From: Nitrospirota bacterium
Lineage (GTDB): Bacteria > Nitrospirota > UBA9217
DNA length: 64,000 nt
Direction: 5' to 3'
Assembly (NCBI GenBank): GCA_963755045.1
Contig: CAVWIL010000001.1
Span: 55,484-119,483 of the forward strand
The translations under genes and the position numbers were made by a program. The notes beneath the pieces were generated by a model. It saw only the letters and a program-made list of their open reading frames with translations, was not told the DNA's origin and did no database searches. The first letter of the stretch is position 1. Each line of letters begins with the position of its first letter. Below, piece after piece: positions 45,206 through 55,399 of the stretch.

Positions 45206-45980
45206 ATTTCACATGTATTCGTTCTATGGCGTTCGCCTTCCCCGTCTTACCATCGACATCGATGATGACCGCGCAGAGATGCACCGGTCCCTTGGGTATC
45301 TCGAACCGGTGCGGGGTCTGGGTGAGGAACCGGGCGATTGCCTGCTCCTTCTTCACACCAATAACCGAATCCGTGGGCCCTGTCATGCCCGCATCAGTAA
45401 TAAAAGCCGTCCCGCCCGGAAGGATGCGTTCGTCGGCTGTCTGAACATGGGTATGGGTCCCGATCACCGCGCTCGCTTTGCCGTCCAGGTGCCAGGCGAG
45501 TGCGATTTTCTCGGACGTAGCCTCGGCGTGAAAGTCGATGATCACGATCGGCGTTTCTTTTTTCAGCTTCTCGATCTCCTGTTCGGCAACACGGAACGGG
45601 TCTGTCAGGTTGGACATGAAGACCCTCCCTTCGAGGTTCAGGACCGCGGCCTTGCCCGCGTTCTCGGTGGAAATGATCACACTGCCGTAACCGGGATTGC
45701 CTTCGGGATAGTTTGCCGGCCTGATGAGCCGGTCCTGCTTGGCCAGATAGGGTTCGATCTCCTTCTTGTCCCAGACGTGGTTTCCCGACGTCAGCACATC
45801 GATACCGAGAAAAAACAACTCATCGGCTATCTCGGACGTGATCCCGAACCCTCCCGCCGAGTTCTCTCCATTCGCGATCACGAGATCGGGATGGTGCATG
45901 TCCCGGAGGCCGCGCAATTGCTGCCGCACCATCTTCCTGCCCGGCTCGCCGATGATGTCGCCGATGAAAAGAACCTTCAA
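45201..45980 (-). CDS. ymdB: YmdB-family metallophosphoesterase (2',3'-cyclic-nucleotide phosphodiesterase, TIGR00282-like).
   Basis: The TTG start at 45980 lies 5 nt after GGAGG. 'KVLFIGDIIGEPGR', 'VIANGENSAGG' and 'DFHAEATSEK' are present. Confidence 0.85.
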   Translation of the reverse strand: MKVLFIGDIIGEPGRKMVRQQLRGLRDMHHPDLVIANGENSAGGFGITSEIADELFFLGIDVLTSGNHVWDKKEIEPYLAKQDRLIRPANYPEGNPGYGSVIISTENAGKAAVLNLEGRVFMSNLTDPFRVAEQEIEKLKKETPIVIIDFHAEATSEKIALAWHLDGKASAVIGTHTHVQTADERILPGGTAFITDAGMTGPTDSVIGVKKEQAIARFLTQTPHRFEIPKGPVHLCAVIIDVDGKTGKANAIERIHVKS

Positions 45981-46004
45981 TAAAACCTCCGATATCCTCG
46001 CAAA

Positions 46005-46059
46005 GCGCATAGAGCAGAGCGCATGGGGCATTTTATTTAAACGCTATGCGCTATGCGCC
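46005..46059. repeat. Intergenic inverted tandem-repeat hairpin with unit ~CTATGCG.
   Basis: gcgcatagagcagagcgcatgg opposes cgctatgcgctatgcgcc, with the spacer ggcattttatttaaa. Confidence 0.8.
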
Positions 46060-46069
46060 AAGCACCATG

Positions 46070-47627
46070 CTACTTCGCGTACTCCACATACCTGCTCTCG
46101 CGTACCACCGTGACCTTGATCTGGCCAGGATAGGACATCTCGGTTTCGATCTTTTTGGCGATATCGCGCGACAGCTGGGCAGAGTGTGCATCGGAGAGAT
46201 CTTCCGGCTTGACGATGATGCGGATCTCCCGGCCTGCCTGGATTGCATAGGATTTCTCGACTCCCTTGAAGGAATTCGCTGCAGTCTCGAGCTGCTCAAG
46301 CCGCTTGAGGTAGCTCTCGAGCGTCTCGCGCCGCACACCCGGCCTTCCCGCCGAAAGTGCGTCCGCAGCAGCAACCAGAACGGACTCAACACAGTTCGGT
46401 TCACCGTCTCCGTGGTGGGTCATGATCGCATTGATCACCTTGGGGTTCTCACCGTACTTCTTGGCCAGGTCGCCGCCGATCTGCGGATGGGTCCCCTCCA
46501 CTTCATGGTCTACGGCCTTGCCCAAATCATGCAGCAGACCGGCGCGGCGCGCCAGTTTCTGGTCAACACCGCACTCTGCGGCCATGACGCCGGCGAAATA
46601 GGCGACCTCGCGCGAGTGCATCAGCACGTTCTGTCCGTAGCTGGTCCTGAACCTGAGCCTCCCGAGCAGCTTGATGATCTCGGGGTGAATATTGTGGAGG
46701 CCGAGGTCGAAGGCGGCTTTTTCTCCCTCCTCCTTCATAGTGATATCGAGGTCTTTCCTGACCTTCTCGGCGATCTCCTCGATACGGGCAGGATGGATGC
46801 GTCCGTCATGGATCAGGCGCTCGATCGTAAGCTTCGCGATCTCTCTCCGAAGCGGATCGTAACACGACAGGATCACCGCTTCCGGCGTATCGTCGATGAT
46901 CAGGTCGATGCCCGTTGCCGCCTCGAGTGCCCTGATGTTCCTGCCCTCGCGCCCGATGATCCTGCCCTTCATTTCATCATTGGGAAGATTGACCACCGAG
47001 ACCGTGGCCTCCGCCACGTAATCGCTGGCATACCGCTGGATGGCCAGGCTCATGATGTTCTTCGATTTTTTGTCCGCCTCTTCCTTGGCCTCGTCCTCGA
47101 TCCGCTTGATGGTCTTGGCCGCCTCATACTTGGCCTCGTCTTCCATAGCAGACCATGAGCTGGCGCTTGGCCTCCTCGGCGGTCATGTTCGCGATCTTCT
47201 CGAGCATCTGCCGCTGCTCGACGATTCCCTTTTCGAAGCGCTCTTCCTTTTCCTGCGTGACCTTTTCCTTCGCCGTCAACTCCCGCTCGCGCCGCGCTGC
47301 ATCGGATTCCCGCTTGTCGATAAGGTCGGTTTTCTTGTCAAGGCTCTCTTCCTTCTGGGTGAGCCGCCGTTCCTGGTTCTGCATCTCCTGGCGTTTTTCC
47401 CGGGTCTCCTTCTCGAAATCAGACCGCGCCTGATAGAATTTGTCCTTGGACTCGAGAACCGCCTCCTTACGCTTGGTCTCCGCCTCGCGTTCGGCATTGG
47501 CAATGATCCTCGCCGCTTCCGTTTCCGCTTCCTTGATCTTGCCCGCGGCGGACTTTCCCTTGATCAACAGGCCTGCGCCCAATCCCATGGCAAGCCCTAC
47601 AATCAACAGCACAATATACTCAATCAT
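46070..47627 (-). CDS. rny: Ribonuclease Y with one frameshift near 47140.
   Basis: A TM segment and coiled-coil N-terminus are in ORF 47124-47627. The KH domain '[26 protein letters not shown]' and the HD domain 'GLLHDLGKA' are in ORF 46070-47146. Confidence 0.9.
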
Positions 47628-48966
47628 GTTTTTTTTCCTCCTGGTATCTCTTCTTCAGCCCGGCAAGGCGTTCCTTGATCCTTTTTTCTTCGCCTTGCTC
47701 CGAGGGCCGGTAATACTCCCGCTTCTGCGGGAGGTAGTCCTGGGCCGTATAGTGGCCCGGAAAATCATGCGGATATTTGTAGCCCTTGCCCCTGCCGAGA
47801 CGGCTGGCGCCCTTGTAGTGGGCATCCTTCAGGTGGTCCGGTACCGGCATGAGCTGTCCTTCCTCAATGTCCTTCATCGCCTCTTTGATACCGAGGTACG
47901 ACGCGTTGCTCTTCGGCGCAGAGGCAACATATACAGCCGCCTGTGAGAGCGGCAGCGCGCCCTCGGGCATGCCGATGCGCTCCACTGCCTGGTATGCGGA
48001 AACGGCCACAAAGAGCGCCCGCGGATCCGCGTTCCCGACATCCTCGCTCGCGGCGATCACGATCCTGCGTGCGATGAACAACGGGTCTTCGCCGGCCTTG
48101 ATCATTTTTGCCATCCAATAGAGCGTCGCATCAGGGTCGCTCCCGCGCATGCTTTTAATGAACGCGGAGATCGTGTCGTAATGTTCGTCTTCATCGTACA
48201 CCAGCGCCTTCTGCTGAATGGACTCCTCTGCCACAGTGAGATCATAGAGGATGACGCCGTCATGACCCGGGGCTGTCGAGAGAACGCCGAGTTCAAGAGC
48301 ATTCAGCGCACGCCGCGCATCGCCATTGGCTTTCGCGATAATGAGGCCGAGGGCATCCGGTGTCAGGGTCACGGCCAGATTCCCGAGCCCCCGGTCTTTA
48401 TCGGCAAGCGCGCGAAGGATGAGCGCCTTTAGGTCTTCAGTTTTGAGCGGTTTAAACTCGAAGATCTGCGAGCGTGAGGAGAGCGCTGGAATAATGGCAA
48501 AGAAGGGATTTTGCGTCGAGGCTCCGATCAGCGTGATATTCCCCTGCTCCACATCGGGCAGGAGAGCATCCTGCTGTACCCGTGTAAAGCGGTGGATCTC
48601 ATCGATAAAAAGGAGGGTCCTTTTATTGCTCTGTGCTCGTTCCTGCATCGCCTCGTGCGTCACCTTCCGGATGTCGGCTACCCCGGCGGTGACGGCATTG
48701 AGCGAGACGAAGTATGCGCTGCTTCGCTCGGCGATCAGGTGAGCCAGCGCTGTCTTACCAACACCGGGCGGACCATACAGAATGAGCGACATGAACCGAT
48801 CGGTTTCGATTGCCCTGCGCAGAAGTTTTCCCAGACCGAGGATATGCTCCTGACCGACGAACTCGGACAGGTCGCGGGGACGCATTCTCCAAGCCAGCGG
48901 CGGACGAGAGGGCTCGACGGACAGTGACTCTGCCTGCGTAGGTTTATTGAGATTTTTTAGAACCAA
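47620..48966 (-). CDS. rarA: Replication-associated recombination protein A (AAA+ ATPase).
   Basis: Intact 448 aa ORF with 'LILYGPPGVGKTALA', 'LFIDEIHRF' and the MgsA C-terminal domain 'HYDTISAFIKSMRGSDPDA'. Confidence 0.9.
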   Translation of the reverse strand: MVLKNLNKPTQAESLSVEPSRPPLAWRMRPRDLSEFVGQEHILGLGKLLRRAIETDRFMSLILYGPPGVGKTALAHLIAERSSAYFVSLNAVTAGVADIRKVTHEAMQERAQSNKRTLLFIDEIHRFTRVQQDALLPDVEQGNITLIGASTQNPFFAIIPALSSRSQIFEFKPLKTEDLKALILRALADKDRGLGNLAVTLTPDALGLIIAKANGDARRALNALELGVLSTAPGHDGVILYDLTVAEESIQQKALVYDEDEHYDTISAFIKSMRGSDPDATLYWMAKMIKAGEDPLFIARRIVIAASEDVGNADPRALFVAVSAYQAVERIGMPEGALPLSQAAVYVASAPKSNASYLGIKEAMKDIEEGQLMPVPDHLKDAHYKGASRLGRGKGYKYPHDFPGHYTAQDYLPQKREYYRPSEQGEEKRIKERLAGLKKRYQEEKKHD

Positions 48967-49775
48967 CGTTATTAACTGCGGGAGGGCTTACACGGGACTT
49001 GTAATAGTGAAGGGGCCGGATTGATCCAGATCAGGATAACACAGGACCGGGGGATTGAGCGGATGCCGGGAAAGTTGTCGATTTTCCACGGGAGATTGCG
49101 TAAAACGGATCTGGCGAACGGGATTCGCGCGCAATCTCTCCGGAACATCTGTTCCCGGTGATTCCTCTCGACAAATATATGTATACATTAAAATCCCCAT
49201 AGTCTCGTTATGTTACGTGCTGGCAAAAACAACCTGGTCGCGGAACTGAGAAAACACCCATTCTAAAGATTCGTGTCGGTTAACTGCCTCAGTGAACCGC
49301 TGTTTCTTGAACACTATCACAAGCGCCCGGGGTCTGAGCTTCCCGCCCCTTTCGGATTCGCGCTGATCACACGTTACAATTATTAATTATGAAACCGTCC
49401 TACTCGAACTATTTAAATCCCCCGCTTTTGCCGTGTGGATAAACTTGATTCCTGGTATTAACCAGGTGGGTGCCGTGTAGAAAAGTTTAGGCTTCCCAGT
49501 CCTATCTGGGCATGCACACCCTTTCCAGGAACAGCTCCCGTTAATTTTTTGTTCACGAGGAACAAGTTACATCATCACGGGCAAAGCAGGGGACATTTTT
49601 CTATCGCTACTAGTATATACCAGAACCAGCTGAAAATGGCAAGAGGAAAAATAGATGGCATTCTCTTATTGGGGAGCATTAAATTTATTGCATTTCAACA
49701 TGATACGCTAATGATACGTTGCGCTTTCTTTCCCAAAAGAGAATCGGAACAGACTGATGTTTTGCAGCTTGTTGC

Positions 49776-50039
49776 TTAGGGGTTCTCAGTAAGCTCAAGC
49801 AGTCGACTGGCTGCGCTCTCAGATGTTTGTTCCAGGATGCCATATCGCTCACGCAAACGGTAAAGCTCATCGGTAATCGTAAGTGCCATCAGGATGGCAA
49901 CCCGGTGAGGGTCCACCGTGCCGGTGCCTTTCTGCACTTCCTTCATCTTAGCATCAATGAACGCAGCAAGTTCGCGGATATAGGCGGGATCATCCTTGCC
50001 CTTGAGGCTGTAAACCTGACCGAATATCTCGACCTGCAC
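49776..50039 (-). CDS. zapA: Cell-division protein ZapA. The start is uncertain: the ORF extends to 50093 through a repeat arm.
   Basis: 'VQVEIFGQVYSLKGKDDPAYIRELAAFIDAKMKEV..VAILMALTITDELYRLRE' is present. I prefer the GTG at 50039, which lies after GGAG. Confidence 0.7.
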   Translation of the reverse strand: MQVEIFGQVYSLKGKDDPAYIRELAAFIDAKMKEVQKGTGTVDPHRVAILMALTITDELYRLRERYGILEQTSESAASRLLELTENP

Positions 50040-50067
50040 GCGTCTCCATGGTACTCCGGTTCGAACC

Positions 50068-50156
50068 GCATAGAGCATAAGTGCAGAGCGCAATAGATGT
50101 TTAACTGCTCTATGCTCTATGCTCTATGCTCTATGCTCATGCTCTGCTCATGCTCA
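50068..50156. repeat. Intergenic inverted tandem-repeat hairpin with unit CTATGCTC (4 tandem copies).
   Basis: gcatagagcataagtgcagagcgcaatagatg opposes ctgctctatgctctatgctctatgctctatgctcatgctctgctcatgctc. The right arm reaches the ftsY stop. Confidence 0.85.
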
Positions 50157-51059
50157 CAACAGCGCATCCACGAACTCTCTCGGATCAAAGTCTCTCAAGT
50201 CTTCAATTGCCTCGCCGATACCCACAAACTTTACCGGGATCGATAGTTCCTTGTAAATGGCGAAGACGATGCCGCCCTTGGATGTACCGTCAAGCTTCGT
50301 GAGCACGATGCCGGTGATGCCAACCGCCTCATGAAACATCTTCGTCTGCACCAGCGCGTTCTGGCCGGTATTCCCATCGAGGACGAGCAGGGTTTCATGC
50401 GGCGCGCCGGGAAGTTCGCGTGAGAGAATGCGGCGCACTTTTTTGAGCTCTTCCATGAGGTTCGATTTTGTGTGCAGCCTGCCGGCGGTATCCACGATGA
50501 GCACATCGACTGCCCGGGCTTTTGCCGCCAAAACAGCGTCGAATACCACTGCGCTGGGGTCGGCGCCCTCCTTGTGTTTGATCACCGGTATTCCCGCGCG
50601 CTCCCCCCAGATCGAAAGCTGTTCCGACGCCGCTGCGCGGAAGGTATCTCCCGCGGCAAGCATCACCTTCTTACCCTCCGACTGGAGCCGGTTCGCCAGC
50701 TTGCCGATGGTCGTGGTCTTGCCCGTGCCGTTCACACCAACAACGAGTACCACCGACGGAGACGCGGTCAGGGAAAATACCGACGACCGTGCCGAGAGGA
50801 TTTCAAACAGTAGTTGCCTGAGCCGGTCCTTCACCTGTGCGGGAGAGGACAGTTCATTGCGTTTAAACCGCTCCTTCAGGTCCTTGAGAACGAACGACGC
50901 AGTCTCGACGCCGACATCCGACGCGATAAGCGCCTCCTCGAGTTCATCGAGGAACCCTTCGTCGATCTTGTCGCCAAGGACCAGGGAACCTACCTTGTCC
51001 GAAAAGTTTTTTCTGGTCTTTGCCAGCCCGTCACGCAGACTGCGGAGAACACCGAACAT
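50154..51059 (-). CDS. ftsY: Signal-recognition-particle receptor FtsY (short form).
   Basis: Intact ORF. The ATG at 51059 lies 7 nt after GAGG. 'GVNGTGKTTTIGKLA', 'DTAGRL' and 'LTKLDGTSKGG' are present. Confidence 0.9.
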   Translation of the reverse strand: MFGVLRSLRDGLAKTRKNFSDKVGSLVLGDKIDEGFLDELEEALIASDVGVETASFVLKDLKERFKRNELSSPAQVKDRLRQLLFEILSARSSVFSLTASPSVVLVVGVNGTGKTTTIGKLANRLQSEGKKVMLAAGDTFRAAASEQLSIWGERAGIPVIKHKEGADPSAVVFDAVLAAKARAVDVLIVDTAGRLHTKSNLMEELKKVRRILSRELPGAPHETLLVLDGNTGQNALVQTKMFHEAVGITGIVLTKLDGTSKGGIVFAIYKELSIPVKFVGIGEAIEDLRDFDPREFVDALL

Positions 51060-51074
51060 GGAGTACCTCAAATG

Positions 51075-51199
51075 AATTGGAAATTGGAAACTGAAAATTG
51101 GAAATTTGAGATTGATAAAAAGACTACGACCAGTTCCCTTTAATTTAAAATTTCCAATTTACAATCTTCAATTTCCAATTCGACATACGCAGTATGTCG
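51075..51199. repeat. Intergenic inverted tandem-repeat hairpin with unit ~AATTGGAAA, plus a small hairpin.
   Basis: aattggaaattggaaactgaaaattggaaattt opposes aaaatttccaatttacaatcttcaatttccaatt. The hairpin cgacatacgcagtatgtcg lies at 51181-51199. Confidence 0.85.
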
Positions 51200-52264
51200 T
51201 CATATATCCAGCGGCAGTTTGCCGGACGCCTCAGCATCCCTGCCAGGGACAGCCTTCCTGCCCATGTGCCTTTTTGTTTCTTCGGCGTCTTCCGGCCCTA
51301 CCGCCGGAGCGGGACAAACCAGACTCCTGGCGCGGTACAGATACCGGTCGTGCATTTTACTGTAGTTCGTCCATGACCCCTCGGCTACGTTCTCCTTTTT
51401 GATCGTTGCCTGGAAGTTGTTGATCTTGGCCTCGAGGTCATCCAGGTAGTTGATGATGATCGCCTCCTGGATCTTAGGTCGCTTCGGAGAACCGAACTCG
51501 TACTCGCCATGATGCGAGAGCATGATGTGCTTCAGCAGCAGGGCCAGTTCTGCTGGGAAAGACGGGATTGCGTTTACCTTTTCGACGATCATCTCGTACC
51601 CCAACGAGATGTGCCCGATGAGCCTTCCTTCGGTCGTGTATTCGATCGATTTTCTGACCGCAAGTTCTTTCACCTTGCCGATGTCATGCAGGAATGCGCC
51701 AACGGTCAGCAGGTCCAGGTCGATTGAGGGAAAGTGCTTTGCCACATCGCGGGAAAGCGCAACAAGCTCAACGCTGTGCTCAAGCAAGCCGCCGATATAA
51801 TTGTGATGCAGCGTCTTTGCGGCGGGTGTTCGTTTGAATGATGCCATAAAGGAAGTATCGTCAAGAAAGGCATTCATGAGCTGCTGAAGATAGCCGTTGG
51901 AGAGGGCGGCTGCAACGGTCCGCAGCTCCTTCACCATTTCATCGACGTTTCGCGGTGACGTTTCGAGAAAGTTGGCGACATCCACCCTGGAGTCATCCAC
52001 CCTTTCGAGTGTCTTCATCTTGATCTGCATCGAGCCTTGATATACTGACGCCATCCCCTTGATGCGGACAAAATCCTCACGCTCGAACTTTCCGGAAACT
52101 TCATCGGCGTTGTCCCACAGCCTGCCGTCGATCTCGCCGGTCTTGTCCGCGAGCTTCAGCGACAGATAGGTCACGCCGTTCTTTGCCGTCGAGACCTGTT
52201 TCGAGGTAACAAGGTAGATTTCCTCGACCCAGTCGCCTTCTTTTAACGCTGCTATGGTCTGCAC
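51200..52264 (-). CDS. YhaM-like 3'-5' exoribonuclease (OB-fold plus HD domain).
   Basis: Intact 354 aa ORF with a GTG start. The OB N-terminus reads 'YLSLKLADKTGEIDGRLWD'. The HD domain reads 'HHNYIGGLLEHS..FLHDIGK'. Confidence 0.75.
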   Translation of the reverse strand: MQTIAALKEGDWVEEIYLVTSKQVSTAKNGVTYLSLKLADKTGEIDGRLWDNADEVSGKFEREDFVRIKGMASVYQGSMQIKMKTLERVDDSRVDVANFLETSPRNVDEMVKELRTVAAALSNGYLQQLMNAFLDDTSFMASFKRTPAAKTLHHNYIGGLLEHSVELVALSRDVAKHFPSIDLDLLTVGAFLHDIGKVKELAVRKSIEYTTEGRLIGHISLGYEMIVEKVNAIPSFPAELALLLKHIMLSHHGEYEFGSPKRPKIQEAIIINYLDDLEAKINNFQATIKKENVAEGSWTNYSKMHDRYLYRARSLVCPAPAVGPEDAEETKRHMGRKAVPGRDAEASGKLPLDI

Positions 52265-52362
52265 AAAAATAGCCCCTTCCGTTCAGCGTTTTGATAATAA
52301 ACTATCATACCGGCATTGTCAAACGGAAAGCAGGGTGCAGAGGGTGCATGGACAGGGGAACG

Positions 52363-53402
52363 TTATTGCGCGGTTTTGCCCGGGACAGGTTCTCTTACAT
52401 ACACGGTGCGCGTGGGGAAGGGGATCTCGATGCCCTCTTGTTTGAACCGTTGGAAGATGCGCTTGTGGAGTTCATGCTGCACCGGCTGCTGGTCGACAAC
52501 TTCACGCACGTGGCAGATAAGCGTAAAATCAAGAGATGAAGCGCCGAAACCGGGAATGAACCGGACCTCGGGCGCGGGCTCGCTCAGCAGTCCGGGCACT
52601 TCTCCGGCAGCCCTTTTCATTTCGTCGGTCAGCGCCCGCTCAACCGCCTCGGGGTCCGCATCATAGCTCACGCTCACGGGCATTGTGATCGCCATGCGCC
52701 GTTCAGGCAGGTAATAGTTCGTGACCACGCTTTGAGAGAGCTTGCTGTTCGGAACAATGACCATGTTGTTCTGCAAGAGCCGGATCCGCGTGGTGCGCCA
52801 GCCGATATCGACAACGTGCCCTCCTGGCCGTTCTCGAGCCGGATGTAATCTCCGACCCGGATGGTGTGCTCGGCGAGAATATGGATCCCGGCAAAAAGAT
52901 TCGAGAGGGTGTCCTGGAGCGCCAGGGCCATGGCGAGACCGCCCACGCCGAGGGCGGTAATGATGGGGGTTATCGAAATCCCGACGAAGTTCAGCATGAT
53001 CAGAACGCCGATGGCGTAGACGATCGCCTTGGCCACCGCATTGAGCAGGCTGGACACCGAAATCGGGAGATCGACCTTTTTCAGGAAATACGCCAACAGG
53101 CGGCCGCTCGTGTTCGCAAGCCCCATGGTCACGGTGAGGATCAGCGACAGATACATTCCCTTGACCGCATAGACCATGTAGGTTTCGGGGAGTTCGGACA
53201 GGCGGATGCTGATGTACAGAGCGAGCGCTATGATCAGGAGCGCGGAAGGCCCTTCCAGACCTTCGAGCAGGAGATCATCGATCACGTTGTCAGTCTTCTG
53301 CGCGAGACGATGAAGTACACGAAAAATAAACTTGCGCATCAGGAGAAGCGCTGCCGCTATTGCAACAACAATAAGGAGGGAGATGGCAAATTGATAGTTC
53401 AC
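52363..53402 (-). CDS. MscS-family mechanosensitive channel with one frameshift near 52780.
   Basis: TM helices and 'ALGVGGLAMALALQDTLSNLFAG' are in ORF 52674-53402. The beta-domain 'NNMVIVPNSKLSQSVVTNY' and the C-terminus are in ORF 52363-52776. Confidence 0.8.
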
Positions 53403-53445
53403 GATTGTCCGTCTGAATTGAAAAGCATGTTAAAAAGAATGGAGA

Positions 53446-53688
53446 CTACTTCTTCCGGACATATACCCGGTATTCCCCGTTTTCCTTGACCTGTCCGATA
53501 TACTCGTTGCCGGTCATATCGCACCAGGCAGGCATGTCCATCTCAATGCCGTCGTCATCGGATTGCACCTCAAGCACCTGCCCCTGTTTCATCTCTTTGA
53601 TCTTGATCGATGTCTTCAAGATCGGCATAGGACAGGACAGTCCGACACAATCCAGTATTTCATCTGGTTTAATGTCTTTAATATCCAT
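53446..53688 (-). CDS. tusA: TusA/SirA-family sulfur carrier protein.
   Basis: Intact 80 aa ORF with 'LDCVGLSCPMPILK' (CPxP motif) and a GAGGG RBS. Confidence 0.8.
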   Translation of the reverse strand: MDIKDIKPDEILDCVGLSCPMPILKTSIKIKEMKQGQVLEVQSDDDGIEMDMPAWCDMTGNEYIGQVKENGEYRVYVRKK

Positions 53689-53715
53689 AGTGACACCCTC
53701 TGAGACGCAGATTCA

Positions 53716-53800
53716 CACGGATGAACACAAGCTTAAGCCGGTATTTCATTCCGCAATCCGCACTCCGAAATCGAATCACTCCATCTCGTGTTCATGTCCT
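53716..53800. repeat. Intergenic hairpin whose interior carries a TCCGCA-unit array.
   Basis: The outer stem pairs cacggatgaacac with gtgttcatgtcct. The interior reads cattccgcaatccgcactccgaaatcgaatcactcc. Confidence 0.6.
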
Positions 53801-53816
53801 GCATCGGGGGATATCT

Positions 53817-54203
53817 TCACGGGCGAGGTTTTCCCTGCTTCTTATAATAATCGTCGAGTGCGGACTTCAGCGCCTCTTCCGCCAGCACCGAGCAATGCAT
53901 TTTAACTTTCGGCAGACCGCCGAGCGCTTCGGCCACGGCTGCATTGGATATTTTGAGCGCTTCGTCGATGCTTTTTCCCTTCACCAGGTCGGTCACCATG
54001 CTGCTCGTGGCGATTGCCGCGCCGCACCCGAAGGTCTTGAACTTGGCGTCCGTAATGATGTTGTTCTCTACCTTGATGTAAAGACGCATCACGTCGCCGC
54101 ATACCGGGTTGCCCACGGTGCCAACGCCGTCCGCGTTCTCGATCTCGCCCACGTTATGCGGCTGGGCGAAATGCTCCATCACTTTTGAGCTGTACTGTTC
54201 CAT
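53817..54203 (-). CDS. iscU: Fe-S cluster scaffold protein (IscU/NifU N-terminal type).
   Basis: Intact 128 aa ORF with 'GNPVCGDVMRLYI', 'FKTFGCGAAIATSS' and 'KMHCSVLAEEAL'. Confidence 0.9.
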   Translation of the reverse strand: MEQYSSKVMEHFAQPHNVGEIENADGVGTVGNPVCGDVMRLYIKVENNIITDAKFKTFGCGAAIATSSMVTDLVKGKSIDEALKISNAAVAEALGGLPKVKMHCSVLAEEALKSALDDYYKKQGKPRP

Positions 54204-54213
54204 AGTGTCCTCC

Positions 54214-55398
54214 TTATTTTCCTTTCTCTTTTTTTATCATATCCTCATAGAGCGGCGACATCTCCCGCAGGCGCTGCACAATGGGGGGAAGGGTCTCTAT
54301 CACGTAGTCGATATCCTCTGCGGTGTTTCCCATCCCGAGCGACATCAGCAGCGTCCCGTTCGCCACGGCAGCGTCCGTGCCGATACAGGTGAGCACATGC
54401 GACGACTTGAGCGACCGGGAGGTGCAGGCCGACCCGCTCGATACCGAGATTCCCTGCATGTTCAGGAACAGGAGCATGGACTCGCCTTCCACATACCACA
54501 AGGAGATGTTCAGGTTGTTCGGCAGCCTTTTCGTAGGATGGCCGTTGATCACCAGGTGGTCTATCTTTTCACTGAGGCCCTTCTGGAGCCGGTCCCTGAG
54601 CGGGGCGAGGTAACTCATCCGGTTGGTGATTTCTGCCGCCGCGAGCTCCGCCGCCTTGCCCAGACCCACGATGGCAGGCACATTCTCGGTGCCCGCACGC
54701 CTCCCGTCCTCCTGAATGCCGCCTTCGATCTGTGGTTTGATCCTGACTCCCTTGCGAACAAAGAGCCCGGCCGCTCCCTTGGGGCCGTAGAACTGATGGC
54801 CCGAGAACGAAAGGGCATCCACGCCCAGAGTCCTTACATCCACGGGGATCCATCCTGTGGTCGCAACCGCATCCGTATGGAACAGTACGCCCCGTTCCTT
54901 GGTGATCCTGCTGATCTCTTCGATCGGTTCTATGGTGCCGATCTCATTGTTCGCGTGCATGATCGAAACGAGAACCGTCTCCTTGGTGATCGCCCTGGCG
55001 ACATCTTCGGGGTTCACCAGCCCCTGTTTGTCCGTCGGCAGATAGGTGACCGTGAAACCTGATTTCTCGAGCGTTTTCACCGGATGAAGCACGGAAAAAT
55101 GTTCTACTTGCGATACAATAATATGTTTACCCTTCTGACTGTTCGCCTGGGCTATGCCCTTGATCGCAAAATTGTTCGACTCTGCACCGCTGGCGGTAAA
55201 GAATATTTCATCGGCCCTTGCACCGATGAGCGTTCCCGTTTTGCCCCTCGCTTCTTCGACCGCATTCTTTGCCTCCCGCCCGATATCATGCAGGTTGGAA
55301 GGATTGCCGAACTTTACCGAAAAATAGGGAAGCATGGCCTCCAGGACTTTCGGGTGCACCGGCGTTGTAGCCGTGTGATCAAGGTATACATTTCTCAT
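54214..55398 (-). CDS. nifS: Cysteine desulfurase (NifS/IscS class I).
   Basis: Intact 394 aa ORF with 'YLDHTATTP', 'HTDAVATTG', 'SFSGHQFYGPKG' (PLP-binding Lys replaced by Gln in this read) and 'SSGSACTS'. Confidence 0.9.
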   Translation of the reverse strand: MRNVYLDHTATTPVHPKVLEAMLPYFSVKFGNPSNLHDIGREAKNAVEEARGKTGTLIGARADEIFFTASGAESNNFAIKGIAQANSQKGKHIIVSQVEHFSVLHPVKTLEKSGFTVTYLPTDKQGLVNPEDVARAITKETVLVSIMHANNEIGTIEPIEEISRITKERGVLFHTDAVATTGWIPVDVRTLGVDALSFSGHQFYGPKGAAGLFVRKGVRIKPQIEGGIQEDGRRAGTENVPAIVGLGKAAELAAAEITNRMSYLAPLRDRLQKGLSEKIDHLVINGHPTKRLPNNLNISLWYVEGESMLLFLNMQGISVSSGSACTSRSLKSSHVLTCIGTDAAVANGTLLMSLGMGNTAEDIDYVIETLPPIVQRLREMSPLYEDMIKKEKGK

Positions 55399-55399
55399 A

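Noticed and set aside
46046-47158. Long antisense ORFs opposite real genes. Examples are 46046-47158 opposite rny, 30005-31312 opposite PBP1A, 15138-15944 opposite the RLP gene, 45213-45983 opposite ymdB, 54109-55062 opposite nifS, 23605-24456 opposite rluD and 36890-37753 opposite dxs.
   Set aside because: These are low-complexity, Arg/Gly/His-rich translations with no recognisable motifs, while the opposite strand encodes unmistakable conserved proteins. They are typical shadow ORFs of GC-rich DNA.
50106-50156. A possible mini-CRISPR or other interspaced array (four CTATGCTC units).
   Set aside because: The units are 8 nt and directly tandem with no spacers. No cas genes are present. The array is one arm of an inverted-repeat hairpin.
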